Below, piece after piece: positions 9,516-21,852 of a DNA stretch of 36,782 nt. Every line of letters starts with the position of its first letter. Position 1 is the first letter of the stretch. This stretch comes from Octopus bimaculoides. Its lineage: Eukaryota. The translations under genes and the position numbers were made by a program. The stretch lies in NCBI RefSeq assembly GCF_001194135.2, contig NC_068982.1, positions 176,427,808 through 176,464,589 of the forward strand, in the 5' to 3' direction. Below the pieces are notes generated by a model. That model made no database searches and was not told the origin of the DNA. It worked only from the letters and a program-made list of their open reading frames with translations.

Positions 9516-12500
9516 CCCTTCTTTATTGACCACAAGCTCGGAACAGAAAAAAAAAAACAAATAGGGACAATGCGAAACAAGGAAAAGTGGGGTTTAAAAA
9601 CAGAAAATGTGTAAAGAATAAAAACAAAATAACACTCTTGAAAAATTAAACAACAATATTTCTCAATTGGGTGGGGAATTCCACCCAGGGCCAACCAGTG
9701 CACCCCGCACCTCCTGGACACCCCGACTGGCAAGGACACGCCAATTAGGCACCCCTCATCCCCTCAACTGGTCCGGTTTACAGACGAATATTCACAGTAG
9801 ACCCATTCACACAAGTCATTTTCGCAACATTCAGTTACCTTTCAACAGAATTACTAGGGGGCAGTACTTCTCTCTCTACCCTCACTTTCCCTTTCGAGTG
9901 GAACTTGAAAACGTAGATGCAGGTTCGGCCGAAGAGGAAAGTGTCTGTCTTTATTCCTTTCAGCCTCGTCCACTACACTACCTCTTTCACTATTGCCACC
10001 AGGTAGAGGAAAAGTAACTTTCCCTCCCGGCCAAAAGAAGGCGGTGGGGCGATGCTCACAATGGACTCGGCTGATAATCGGATCCGTCTCGCACGTGACA
10101 AAAGTTGTTCGACAAGGCTCCACAGGTGAATATTGCACGGAGACTGGACGAGTGCATGAAGGACGCTTTCATCGCCCTACACGCTTCGGAACAGTCCGTC
10201 TAACAACACTTCCATGTTTGTAGAGATTTTCCTGGACCGGGAGAGCTCCCCGGCAGCACTGCCAAACCAGGGATTTCTGGAAGTTATCCATAGGTCTTGC
10301 CCCAAAAGTCCTGAAAAGACCAGTTAGTTGATCCCTTTCGACACCCAGTGTTTTCCCGAGTACCTCGTCGCTCATTCCTACCACTAATCCTCTACAGAAC
10401 TCCATCATGGAACTTCCACCGACCGCGTGGAACTTCCACCGATCTAGCAGACGTTAGCGTTTGCCGACACTCCAGGTGCCAAGCACCCTTTCTTGGTATA
10501 CGCTTGACCTAGGACTGTAGCTCCACCGATGATACGAGCTATTTATACATTCACCACATCAATATTTATACATTCACAAGCAACGACCAAACCTGCTAGG
10601 TATGTCGCAGCCTCGGCGTATGTCTGCGTGTCATTAGCCACGACATTTCCAGTCCTCCACTCAGTGCCAGTTGACGTGCAGGACAAGTCCCTTCCATAGA
10701 AAGCGGAAGAGCTCCAAATTTATCGGGCACAAAGTGGAGCTAGGGACGACAGTTAGGCGGTAGTAGATGACGGAAGCCATATACGCATTCGCTACCTCTG
10801 CCCGACTCTTCAGGGACAGCTTCTTCTCTGACAATTTCTGGGTGAGATTGTCTACCGTGATCATCACTTCCCCCTAGTTCTTGTCCACCTGGAGGTCTGG
10901 ACCAAACCAGACCCCGAGAAATTTTACCGGTCCTTCCATCCAGCGCCCTACAACGCTGTCTGTTGGCATGGACCAGGTGCCGAGCTGCAGGCCCATCGAC
11001 TTCTCCTGTTTGATCTGTGCTACTGTGACTGGTTCGAATTAGAGCAGTGCCGACGACCTCGATTTCCGAGATGTCCGACACTATTACGATGACATCATCC
11101 GTGTAAGCTGACACGAACCGCCCACATCCTAGATCATGCGGGATGCCCTTCGAAACATCCTGCTTCTGCAGCAATAGCTCGAGAGCCAGTACGTACAGAA
11201 GAGGTGAGAGTGAGCACCCTTTACGGACCGAACGAGCGATGCTAAACGATTCCGATAGGTGGCCATTTACTTTGACCACCAAACAGATGTTGCGGTACAT
11301 TTCAGTGATCCAGCCTCTGTAAACGGGACCGAAACCTACTGCCGCTAGAACAGCTTCCAAGTATTGGTGGTCGATCCTATCAAAAGCTTTCGACTGGTAA
11401 AAAATTATCAGGGCCCTTTAATCACCCTCTCTATGATGTAGAGCGTGAGGTGGTGGTTGTCGTGGATAGTTCTGTTTGCGATAGCGCATGTCTGCGCATT
11501 AGTAACAAATTTATCCACGACAAACACCAATGTCTTGGACAACACCTTGGCCAAAATCTTGTAATCTGCATTCAGTAGAGTTATAGGTCTAAAATTATCA
11601 AGTTTGTCCCCCTTGTTCGGTTCCTTCCTCAACAGTACCGCCACTCCACAGCTTACAGCACTGGGAATGCTTCCGTTCTGGTGCCAGTAGTGGTAGAAAT
11701 CTGCCAAGAGAGCACCGACATATGAAAATAAAGCAAGGAGAGCACTGACATATGAAAATAAAGCTTGAAGGGCAGACCATCCCGCCTCGGAGACTTCTCT
11801 CTTGTGCAGGACTTCATCGCATCCCGTATATCTTCGGCTGTTATCGGCATTTCACAGTACTGAGCATCCTTAGCTAAGAGGCGCAGTATGCCATTGAGGA
11901 AAGAGATTAAATCCACCACCGTCCCAGAACCACCACGTATCCCATACTGTTCGGCGAAGTACTGCTGAAATTCCGTACACATCTACTTGGACTCGGTTAT
12001 CATACGCCCATCACAGCTCACGAAAGACCGAATTGTTGCTTTGTTTCCACGTAACACCTCTGCCTTCGGAGCCCATCGAACTACTTTAGTTCCTTCCCGC
12101 CTCAGTGCACGCGCCTTAGCTCTGACAACGCAACCTTCGTGCTTGGCATTGAAGAATTGATCAAGAGCCAATCTCGCCGCTAGCACGTCGGTTGCTATGC
12201 TTTTCCTAAACGCTTCTTCTAGTTTCCTAACCAGTCTCCCTCTATCTCAGATTTCTCTAACACTATTTGCTTACTAAAACCTATAGCCCCTAACCTAAAA
12301 GTCCTTTTTAGCGCTATCCACCATCCGTTGTTGTCGATTGCATCTGCCAACTCTCGATGGACTAACTTGTTAACCCGGTCTCTGAAAGCTTGGCGCGCCG
12401 GGAAGGACGCGTTCAGCTTCCAGTATCCGGTGTCCCGCCTATGGATCCTATTTATATCGACCGTACATGGTCCGTGTAGCTGACAATTTTGGAACGAGAA

Positions 12501-12870
12501 TAACTTATACTACTTCTATCTATAGTCCTACAAAATACTCTATCTAGATACGATCTGGAAAACCCGATGCAATTCGCCCATGTCAACATGTGCATTCGGG
12601 AAATCCACTCGGTACCTGTCAGCCAACTGGAAGTGACTAAGCAGGTTTGTGTGGCTTTTTACTCCTCCCTCTTCTAGCGGCTAGCCTCAGACTATCCAGG
12701 CGTATCTCCAAGATGGCGTTCCAGTCATCCACTAACATTAAAGATCGTGACATCCAAAGGAAAACCTCAAGACGTCTGGTGAAACTTGGCTACCCCGAAC
12801 CATGGGGGAGTAAACAGCGACTAGTCTAAAGGTACAACATTCACTGTTGCTCACCCCCAACACCCCACTA
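9516..12870 (-). mobile_element. Tx1/L1-clade LINE ORF2 (APE-RT-CCHC), 5'-truncated, pseudogenised
   Basis: APE: FRLVAVYSP..DDWNAIL. RT: KSPRRDGLPFKLY, NFRPITLLNADYKILAK, QSKAFDRIDH, VRKGCSLSPLLY, AYTDDV, FRFLWKG. C-terminus: MDNFQKSLVWQCCRGALPV. 3' end caataaagaaggg followed by (ATT)n at 9495-9515. Confidence 0.93.
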
Positions 12871-14830
12871 TGCAGCTGGGTGAGCCTAGTCGTAATCCAA
12901 CAACTGCTATCCATGCTACAAGACACAGTCCTTGTACTGGTCAAATTATGCAACGTGCTCGAAAACGCAAGTGGTCTGTTGATATGAACCAAAAGGTGGC
13001 CCAGTACCATGAACAAGACTTTCTATGCAAGAACAATGGCAAGTGTAAAGCTGTCGGGAAAAGAACATTAGAACTTTGTAACCAGCTGGATATGTTCCAG
13101 ATTACTGAAAATAGACTGACGCAGATTAGAATAATTCAAAATAGAGGGTGTGTTAATGAGGCTCAGAATCAGACAATCAGGAAAAACCTTTGTTGTGGTG
13201 CGAATCTTGAAGAGAATAACGTAGATGAAGATCAGCGAATGCGTAAGATGAAGTTGTAGTGGAATAGAGGTCGGCCAATCAATATAATGTATAAAACGCT
13301 GAAATAAGAGAGGATATGACTGAGGAACAAAGAAACCTTAGGAAAAGCCTCGAGGATATAAGAATTACAAGGAGAGAGACCAAACCGGTGAATCTAAGAA
13401 GCATCGACCATAACAATGGTTATTGCGCGACCCAATTTGTTGATGAGATTCTGAAACACGTTCTGAAAAAAGATCTAACAGAAAACAAGGGACGTGATCA
13501 GATCCGCTTCAATTTTAGTAGGTGAACTGGTTGGAAAGAAAAAGAGGAAAGTAGATGGACAGAAGGAGCCATGGTAGAAGCGGTGAATTGAAGGCGATAT
13601 TCTAACTTTACGTAAAATCTGAGCCGTATAGAAGAGTGGTCAAAGGGCAATGGAAAAATGGAAAAGAAAGTGCAAGGGCATATCTTGACGCGATGTACCA
13701 AATAGAAAAGAAATGGTTCAAATCTGTCATCAAAACCCTGAAACAACATGTGCGGACTAAAGGATTAAAGCAGCAGCGCTACACTGACTGTATATCGCAG
13801 CTCCAGCAAAACCAGTTATTCTCAAAAACCAGAGGCAATTTTTTAAGAGCTTAGGCGGAATCACAGAAGATAATACACGTCCCGAAGCAGAAGAAATTCG
13901 CCAATTTTGGAATAAAAACTGGGGGCAAGAAGTTTCGCACAACCACAGAGCTGAGTGGATTCATTCCGTGAGATCTGAACTCCATCACCTGGAGGCTCCA
14001 CGACAGGACCATGTGTGCATAACAATGGAAAATGTCATTGTACAGATATCAATACTGCCAAACTGGAAAGCAGCAGGACCAGATGGTCCTACTGTCTCAA
14101 GTGTCTCAAGTGGTTTCGATCAATACACAACAGAATTGCGTTGCAATTAGACAATTGCCTACAGAGCGATACAGTTCCAGAGTGGATGTTAGAGGGAAGA
14201 ACAACATTGTTAATGAAAGTTTTGCGCAGAAAGAGTACAAGCGTAGACACGACAAAGTAGCCCAAAACCTCCACTGGCTACTATGAGGTTATGAGGTTAT
14301 GAGTGCTTGGTACCAACATACACCGGAAAAGGTAATGGACGAAAAGGGGAAGGCAAAAATCCTCTGGGTCTTTGATTTCCAGACAGACAAATAGTTAGAA
14401 CACCGAAGGCCGTATGTAGTATCCTTTAGGAGGGACAAACAAGAGTGCTTAATAATCGACGTAGCAGTGCCAGGAGATCGGAATATCATCGTAAAAGTTG
14501 ATAAATATGGAGACCTGAGAATTGAGATCACTAAAATGTGGCAGCTACGAGAGTCGAACATAAAGGTTATCCTTATTCTCATCAGAGCATTGGGTTCAAT
14601 ACCACCAATCTGAAAAAAAAAAAAGATCTGGAAACTTTAGAAATACTCTACAAACTAGATGTATTGCATAAGTCGGCATTACTTGGAACTGTACGCATAT
14701 TGCATAAAGTACTGTCTGTCTGAGGTCCCTGTTGTGACTTGACAAACAGTACAGCCCCAGGTAGACATAATATCTTTAATTAACAATCTCACGATATTGT
14801 ATATTGTGCGGCGTCTATAATAAAAATAAA
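12870..14830 (+). mobile_element. R4/Dong-like LINE with internal deletion of the RT core
   Basis: N-terminal RKRKWS..N..V.....FQITENRL. LPNWKAAGPDG..VPEWMLEGRTTLLMK joins directly to FAQKEYKRRHDKVAQNLHW. RLE region ILWVFDFQTDK..RRP..CLIIDVAVPGD..LHKSALLGTVRILHKVLSV*. Confidence 0.9.
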
Positions 14831-16609
14831 ATCAATGTGCACTATTGGTATATTATTTGTACCTTTTTAAATATTGAATTCTGTCTGAAAGCTAATTTAT
14901 GTACAAGTCGAAATTTTAGTGCAAGACACGTGAGTCAGTATTTTAAAATCTCATGCAGACGAAGAGGTTCGACATATTTTACGAGTTCCAAATGCTCATT
15001 TTTAGCAACGCGACATTGGTAAATGAAAAATGATGAATCGTTTTATTTGTTAGTTAGAAATGTGAAGTCATATTTTATGATTAAAACATGAATTTTCCTA
15101 TTTAGGTATGTAATGAGAGAAAAATAAATTCATTAATCCATTAATAGTATGTTTACCACTGGTGTAGTTATCACCACGCTTACTACATATCTACATATCA
15201 GAATGTTTTAATAGTTTAATATAACTTTCTTTTGCATAAATGTTAGATTATCAAACTCACAGCACCCCATTTTTGTATGTTGCTGTTTTCAGCAATTCTT
15301 TTACACCGCGAAAACAAATGTACTTGTCATTTCGTTCGATAACATTTCCGGCAAATGACGAAAACCTTACACTTCACTAATAAACCCAGAAAGAATTTTA
15401 AAACATGGGAGTTCTCTTCCGTATTAGCCAATAGAAATAATATTGATAATCAACTAGTATTAATTTTCGCATTTTAAAATTTATGTTAATATATTTAAGA
15501 ATTTTTAATGTGATAATGATTAAATATATTTTGCCTATGTAACCGAATAATTATATTGCAGATGGCATTTTAAACAAATTTACATAATTTCATTGGTTTC
15601 ATTTGAATACGTCTCACCATCTCTAGACATGCAAACATGAAGTTACACTTCGTTGTCGTTCTACCGTTAGATAATTGGAAGAGATATGAGATTTGAATTT
15701 GGTAAGTTGTCAAAGTTCTGCAATTTGTTTATACGAGATAGCTTTAAGCTTGCCAGTAGCGGGTCATTTAATTGGCTGCAACTTACCATAATTCATGTCT
15801 GTATTAGGTAAACTTGATTATTTATATCCAGCGCAAAATTCGTGCATATGTCTCTATGCAAATCTATTTATGTGCTTCCAAAGAAACCCAGAATAGTGTT
15901 TGTAGGAATATATGTGTATATATTGATATTTTTATGCCTATATCCGATTATGCAACTAATGGCATGTACTGAATTATTACTGACACTGATTACAGGCGAA
16001 ATTTGAAGTAGAATAAACACCTAGAAAATTTATGCTTATGGTGCTGTTCTTCACTAAAGAATGAAGGAATATACTTATCATTAAGACATGATTTTGCGGA
16101 TTATTTATAACACGTTGAATGCGTTCAATCTGTCTAATAGTGTGAGTAGATTGTATCTTTAGATAAAAAGTGGAATACGTAGATAACTTCATTCGAAGAT
16201 GTGACATAGGGGCACTATCGTAGATTTCGTAATTATATATATATAAAATATATAGGGCAAGATATTTGCTGGGGAATATTTCGCACCGCGGTTAATTAAT
16301 GATAGAATTTCAAATGCCAAAGAAAAGTGGTGAGATGTACTTGTAGCATGAAAGGAAAAGCATACAAGAGATAATCATTTAATTTAGCTAGTAGTGTTGT
16401 CTGCCTAGTGTCTGTAAACGATGAAGAGATTACTACTCCGGAATGCTCGCATCACACAGCCTAGATAGATGGCGCTGCGAGCTGATCAAGGAGTACACAC
16501 ACTATTTGCCAACAAGCGAGATATATCCTCCGCGACAAAATGCAGCAAGTAGCTTGTTCCGCAGTTGATACGTGCGTCAAGCATATTCAGACTGACAATA
16601 GCAATGCAA

Positions 16610-16633
16610 TACACACACACACACACGCACACA

Positions 16634-16681
<48 letters not shown>

Positions 16682-17090
16682 CACTTCGCCAAGAGCAACG
16701 GTTAGTTTTCACGCTACGTACTGATACACCTTTTGCACTTAACACTCACCTCCTTTTTGTAACCCCTCTTATTATTCTTTCCCTTGCTGGTGTTTCTGTT
16801 TTCTCTTACTACCTACCTTTCGCACACTCCCACACACTCACATTCATAACTTACAACCCAACGCATAACCTACATATCTACAGCACGCACGCACACGCAC
16901 ACACTTTTATATATCATAGCACGTACAAACTCCGCGCGTTCACCGATACACACACGCGCACACACATACACACACACTTGCACACGCATACATTCATACA
17001 TGCACACGCACGCATACACTCACACATGCTCATACTCATAACTACACATAGCGATACCCACATATTTGTACATACCACACCTAGATTCTC
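16610..17090. repeat. (CA)n/(CGCA)n microsatellite and degenerate CA-rich tract
   Basis: Direct reading; explains the 248-aa HT/ARTH-repeat ORF. Confidence 0.9.
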
Positions 17091-17163
17091 GACCCCACGT
17101 CCGTCTACTGTTAAAGTCCTACTACTGTATTACTCTGCTGTTACTAACTTGTTAGATTTACTG

Positions 17164-17907
17164 TCTCCCATGAAGTTCCCTTCATGGTTGTGGTTTAGCT
17201 TTTTCCCTTTTACCAGGTCACTGTTTACGACGTTTAACATTTCGATAGAAGATCCATTTTTCGTCACCAGTCGCAAGTCTGTCTAAAAAGAGTGAAATGA
17301 GTTCGCGAGAATGGAGAGAATAGGAGATGACAACTCGGGATTTGCGGTTGCTTTCGGACAATTCATGAGGCACCCATTTTCCAAGTTTAGGAACCTTTCC
17401 AAATAATTGAAGATGACTATGAACAGTTGTATGGTTTAAAGTAAGATTTATTGCGAATTCTTCAAATGATAATGCAAGATTTTCTTCAAGTAATGCCTCA
17501 AGGAGCTTATCATCAAACTCAATTAGACATCCTGTTCGATCTTAATCTTCAAGGCTGAAATCTCCACTTCTGAATTTTGCAAACCATCTTCTGCAAGTTC
17601 TTTTATTCAAGCATTCTTTCCAATAAACTGGATGAATGTTTCGAGCCGCCTCGGCTGCAGAGATTCCTTTTTTGTACTCATAAAGCATTATGTACCTTAA
17701 ATGTTCTTTGGATACTTCTATGTTAGAAAGGGTTTTAATCAAAGAAATCTTAATTGTATTATTCTGTAAAATGATATTTAATTAGTTTAAATGTACACAA
17801 ATGCATAAAAATTATTTGTAATTCCATTAGACATTCTAAAATACTATTAAATTTCATTCAGTTTTAAAAAAGGTAAAATCGGACAGAACTTATGAGATGA
17901 CCTGATA
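17164..17907 (-). mobile_element. Mariner (Tc1/mariner, Mos1-like) transposon, 3'-truncated
   Basis: Terminus TA-tcaggtcatctcataagttctgtccgatttta at 17907 on minus. Transposase SKEHLRYIMLYEYKKG..AAEAARNI..RTCRRWFAKFRSGDFSLED...GKWVPHELSE...TGDEKWIFY. Truncated near LHG; the second TIR is not seen. Confidence 0.93.
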
Positions 17908-18050
17908 CTGCCCTGCCTTCAAAAGCCATATTCTCTATCTTTCTTTATTCTTCTGGTCAATTATTTTTCGACCATGTAATGCAAAACGTGCTTTACTCCG
18001 GACAATCTGCTCCGTTTTTATATTCTCCCGCTCCGGACTTTTTTCTCTTT

Positions 18051-18077
18051 ACGACGAAGAGCCATACTCGAAACGTC
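18051..18077 (+). ncRNA. Minimal hammerhead-ribozyme-like motif (PLE type), degenerate core
   Basis: aCGACGA-A-GAG(ccata)CTC-GAAAC-GTC: stem II GAG/CTC, self-complementary ACGT stem III, GUC triplet. Confidence 0.5.
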
Positions 18078-18249
18078 ATTTTCACTCATATTTCCCCACC
18101 TAAAACATTCACTGAGCGTCATTCTAAGCTAATATACTCAGTGTGTATATCTAATTGGATTTTGTTGCTCCTTCCTTTCTTTTATTTTTCATTTACTTAT
18201 ATATAAAAGTAAATGAATGAATACATATATATATATATATATATATATT

Positions 18250-18794
18250 ACTCTTACTCTTTTATTTGTGTCAGTCATTTGACTGCACTCATGCTGGAGC
18301 ACCGCCTTTAGTCGAACAGATCAACCCCAGGGCTTTGTAAGCCTAGAACTTATTCTATCAGTACTTTTGCTGAACTCCTAAATTACGGGGACAGATGTTG
18401 GAGGGAAANNNNNNNNNNNNNNNNNNNNNNNNNNNNNNNNNNNNNNNNNNNNNNNNNNNNNNNNNNNNNNNNNNNNNNNNNNNNNNNNNNNNNNNNNNNN
18501 NNNNNNNNNNNNNNNNNNNNNNNNNNNNNNNNNNNNNNNNNNNNNNNNNNNNNNNNNNNNNNNNNNNNNNNNNNNNNNNNNNNNNNNNNNNNNNNNNNNN
18601 NNNNNNNNNNNNNNNNNNNNNNNNNNNNNNNNNNNNNNNNNNNNNNNNNNNNNNNNNNNNNNNNNNNNNNNNNNNNNNNNNNNNNNNNNNNNNNNNNNNN
18701 NNNNNNNNNNNNNNNNNNNNNNNNNNNNNNNNNNNNNNNNNNNNNNNNNNNNNNNNNNNNNNNNNNNNNNNNNNNNNATACATACATACATACA

Positions 18795-18872
<78 letters not shown>

Positions 18873-19030
18873 TATACACGACCGGCTTCTTTCAGTTTCC
18901 GTCTACCAAATCCACTCATAAGGCTTTGGTCGGCCCGAAGCTGTAGTAAAAGTCACTTGCCCAAGGTGCCACGCAATGGAATTGAACCCGGAACCATGCG
19001 GTTGGTAACCATGCTACTTGTCACACAGCC
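18250..19030 (-). mobile_element. tRNA-derived SINE, family C, with internal microsatellite spanning a gap
   Basis: Head 18870-19030 is the reverse complement of ggctgtg..gttccgggttcaattcc..gcaccttgggcaagtg. The 3' part 18250-18408 matches 21100-21257. Confidence 0.9.
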
Positions 19031-19994
19031 AAATATATGTATGTACGTACGTATGTGTGTGTGTGCGCCCGCGCGCGACCGTATGGAGTGCTTTGTATGC
19101 TTGGAATCTCTACCTCAAATGTTTCTCGTATGTTTTGCATTCATTTGCCTACCATACAACAATCCGTTGTCCTTGAGGGTCCCTGGTAATTTTCTCTACT
19201 AATTTAGGCCAGTCTTATTATTTTAATACCTTCACCACGCAATACCGCCATCCTCAATCTATTTCTCTATCCATCCATCTAGTTTTCTACACAGTTATCT
19301 ATTCACATATATATTTTTATATGTTGTCTTTTTTTTCTCCTTATTTCTCTCGTTGCCTTTCATATTCTATCTATTTTCTTTTATTCTGTTCTATGATCAT
19401 CAGCATCATCACTTTCATCATCCTCCATTATAAGTAGTATTAATGCAGTTTCCTCTGCAAATACGTATATGATGACGAGAATTAACATAACATGCTAACG
19501 TACATACACATATATGTGAGTACATGTATATACATAAACAATCTTACACATGCTGACACTGTAATGATTTATTAATGCTGCATGTGTGCTTGTGTATGTG
19601 TGTATATATATATGTATATATGTGAATTTGTTTTGTTAATAAGCAGTGTCTACTAGATTACATGCAAGAATCTGACATTAGCGTACACCACCCAGTTTTA
19701 TCGTTCCCTTGCGTTACACAATAACGCAAAAATACTTACAGATATATATACGTAGACATGCACGTATGTACAAATAATTCATATATTGTATTACCTTCGT
19801 TTTCAGACTGGCTCCTTGAGAAGCTTATACAATTTGCAGTGTTATGAATTATTCTGTAGTTACCAAGAGAATGGTCGATGATATGAACATAAATAAACAT
19901 AAAATGTCTTTCACTTCTCTATCACTTCCTTTCAGGTTTTTTCTTCCTTTTTTTTCTTCTTTTATCAATGTATTTATACTCTTTTCCTTGCCTC

Positions 19995-20031
<37 letters not shown>

Positions 20032-20081
20032 ACTGCTCTGTTTCTCTGAAATAAACGTAATCTCCCCCCCCCCCCTGTGAT

Positions 20082-20278
20082 TAATGGTTTCACATTTTGG
20101 CACGAGGCCACCAATTTTAGGGGTTGGGGGAAAAGGTCGATTACATCGGCCTCAGTGTTCGACTAGTACTTAGTTTATCAACCCCGAAAAGGTGAAAGGC
20201 CAAATCAACTTTGGCGGAATTTGAGCTCAAGGCGTAAAACCGGAAGGAATACAGACAAACATTTTGTCCGACATGTTC
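20082..20278 (-). mobile_element. Family-A SINE
   Basis: gtcgattacatcggcc...atcaaccccgaaaaggtgaaaggccaaatcaactttggcggaatttgagctc. Confidence 0.85.
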
Positions 20279-20864
20279 TAGAGGCTTTCTGCGTTTATCT
20301 TTGAATAATAACTTTTCCTGTCACTATGTGGGGTTCTTCGAAATTTAAATTAAACCCCACCCCCTCACACACACACCATACACTCACTCACTCACACATG
20401 CTCTCTTTCTCTCATACACACACACTTTGCATGCATGCATCCATCCATCCATCACTGCCCACTTGCACTGGTCTATTATTAATTACTTTACCCATGAATG
20501 GGGAAGACAAACATCCCAACAAATTCAACAATTCAGGAATTAACAGGTTTACAATAACAGGTTAAGAATTACAGTACTCACATGGAGCGTACCTACTTTC
20601 AACTCATTTACTCGAACAACATACCAATTGAACAACTTTGTCTCACAGAAAAAAAAAAAAAAACTGTCACAAAAACTGGGGGTTTACAATTATCTCTGCT
20701 GAGAAAGGTTTACCAGGGTCTAGCCAATTTGTTATAGTTTCACAGCTTTGGCTAATAACACCTAACTTCCCCCATTTTGATAATGGGCTTCATCCTTACC
20801 TTACAGTGCAGCATGAAAAACTGTTTACCTGTTTAACTTAACATAATTTATAATTTCCTAACAC

Positions 20865-21257
20865 AGGCGTGGCTGTGTGGTAAGTAGCTTGCTTACCAAC
20901 CACATGGTTCTGGGTTCAGTCCCACTGCGTGGCACCTTGGGTAAGTGTCTTCTACTATAGCCTTGGGCCGACCAAAGCCTTGTGAGTGGATTTGGTAGAC
21001 GGAAACTGAAAGAAGCCCGTCGTATATATGTATATATATATATGTGTGTGTGTGTGTGTCTGTGTTTGTCTCCCCAACATCGCTTCACAACCGATGCTGG
21101 TGTGTTTACGTCCCCGTAATTTAGCGGTTCGGCAAAAGTGAACGATAGAATAAGTACTAGGCTTACAAAGAATAAGTCCTGGGGTCGATTTGCTCGAATA
21201 AAGGTGGTGCTCCAGCATGACCGCAGTCAAATGACTGAAACAACTAAAAAAAGAGAG
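20865..21257 (+). mobile_element. Full-length family-C SINE with possible 6-bp TSD
   Basis: A box tggctgtgtgg, B box ggttcagtccc, ccttgggtaagtg, internal (TA)n(TG)n, tail ccagcatgaccgcagtcaaatgactgaaac. taacac occurs at 20859-64 and 21258-63. Confidence 0.93.
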
Positions 21258-21852
21258 TAACACTATCTACATGCACATTTACTATATACATACATACACA
21301 CATACATACATGCATACATACATACATATATATGGACAGGCACATATCTTAATGTATATTAAAACATAAATTTTGTACATTCTTGCATATGTTTATACTT
21401 ATATATGCACATATATAAAGACAAATAAACACACACACACAGAGAAACGATAAAAAAATAAATCAGAAATTGTGTTAAGAGGACATATTGTATCACTGAT
21501 AAGTATACAGGCAATTTTAAATCATGAATGCTGATAGACTCTTTTTTTTTTCTAAAATAAAACGAATTTTCTCACACCGTTGTTATTAATATATACAGAT
21601 AAACAATACAGCCATCTTGGTGCGTGAGTATACGTAGACACGCATACTCACACGCCGACACACATTTATACCCTCCTTACGTACAGTCACAGACATAGGC
21701 AGATACACAAAGGCGTATTCATTTATGCATATGAGCAGTTATAAATACATACGTAAGTTTAGAATTTTTAATGGATATGTTTATTTTTAAAGAATGTAAT
21801 TATAGTAGAATGTATTTGCCAAAACTATCAAAATTAAAATGTAGACGATGAG

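Noticed and set aside
16540-17286. 248-aa ORF, the longest in the track
   Set aside because: Mostly translated (CA)n/(CGCA)n and the antisense end of the mariner; no domain.
18358-18946. Long ORFs containing X runs (also 178-452, 22654-23246, 23409-23848, 29540-30232, 34330-34977)
   Set aside because: Open only because N gaps and (TA)n contain no stops.
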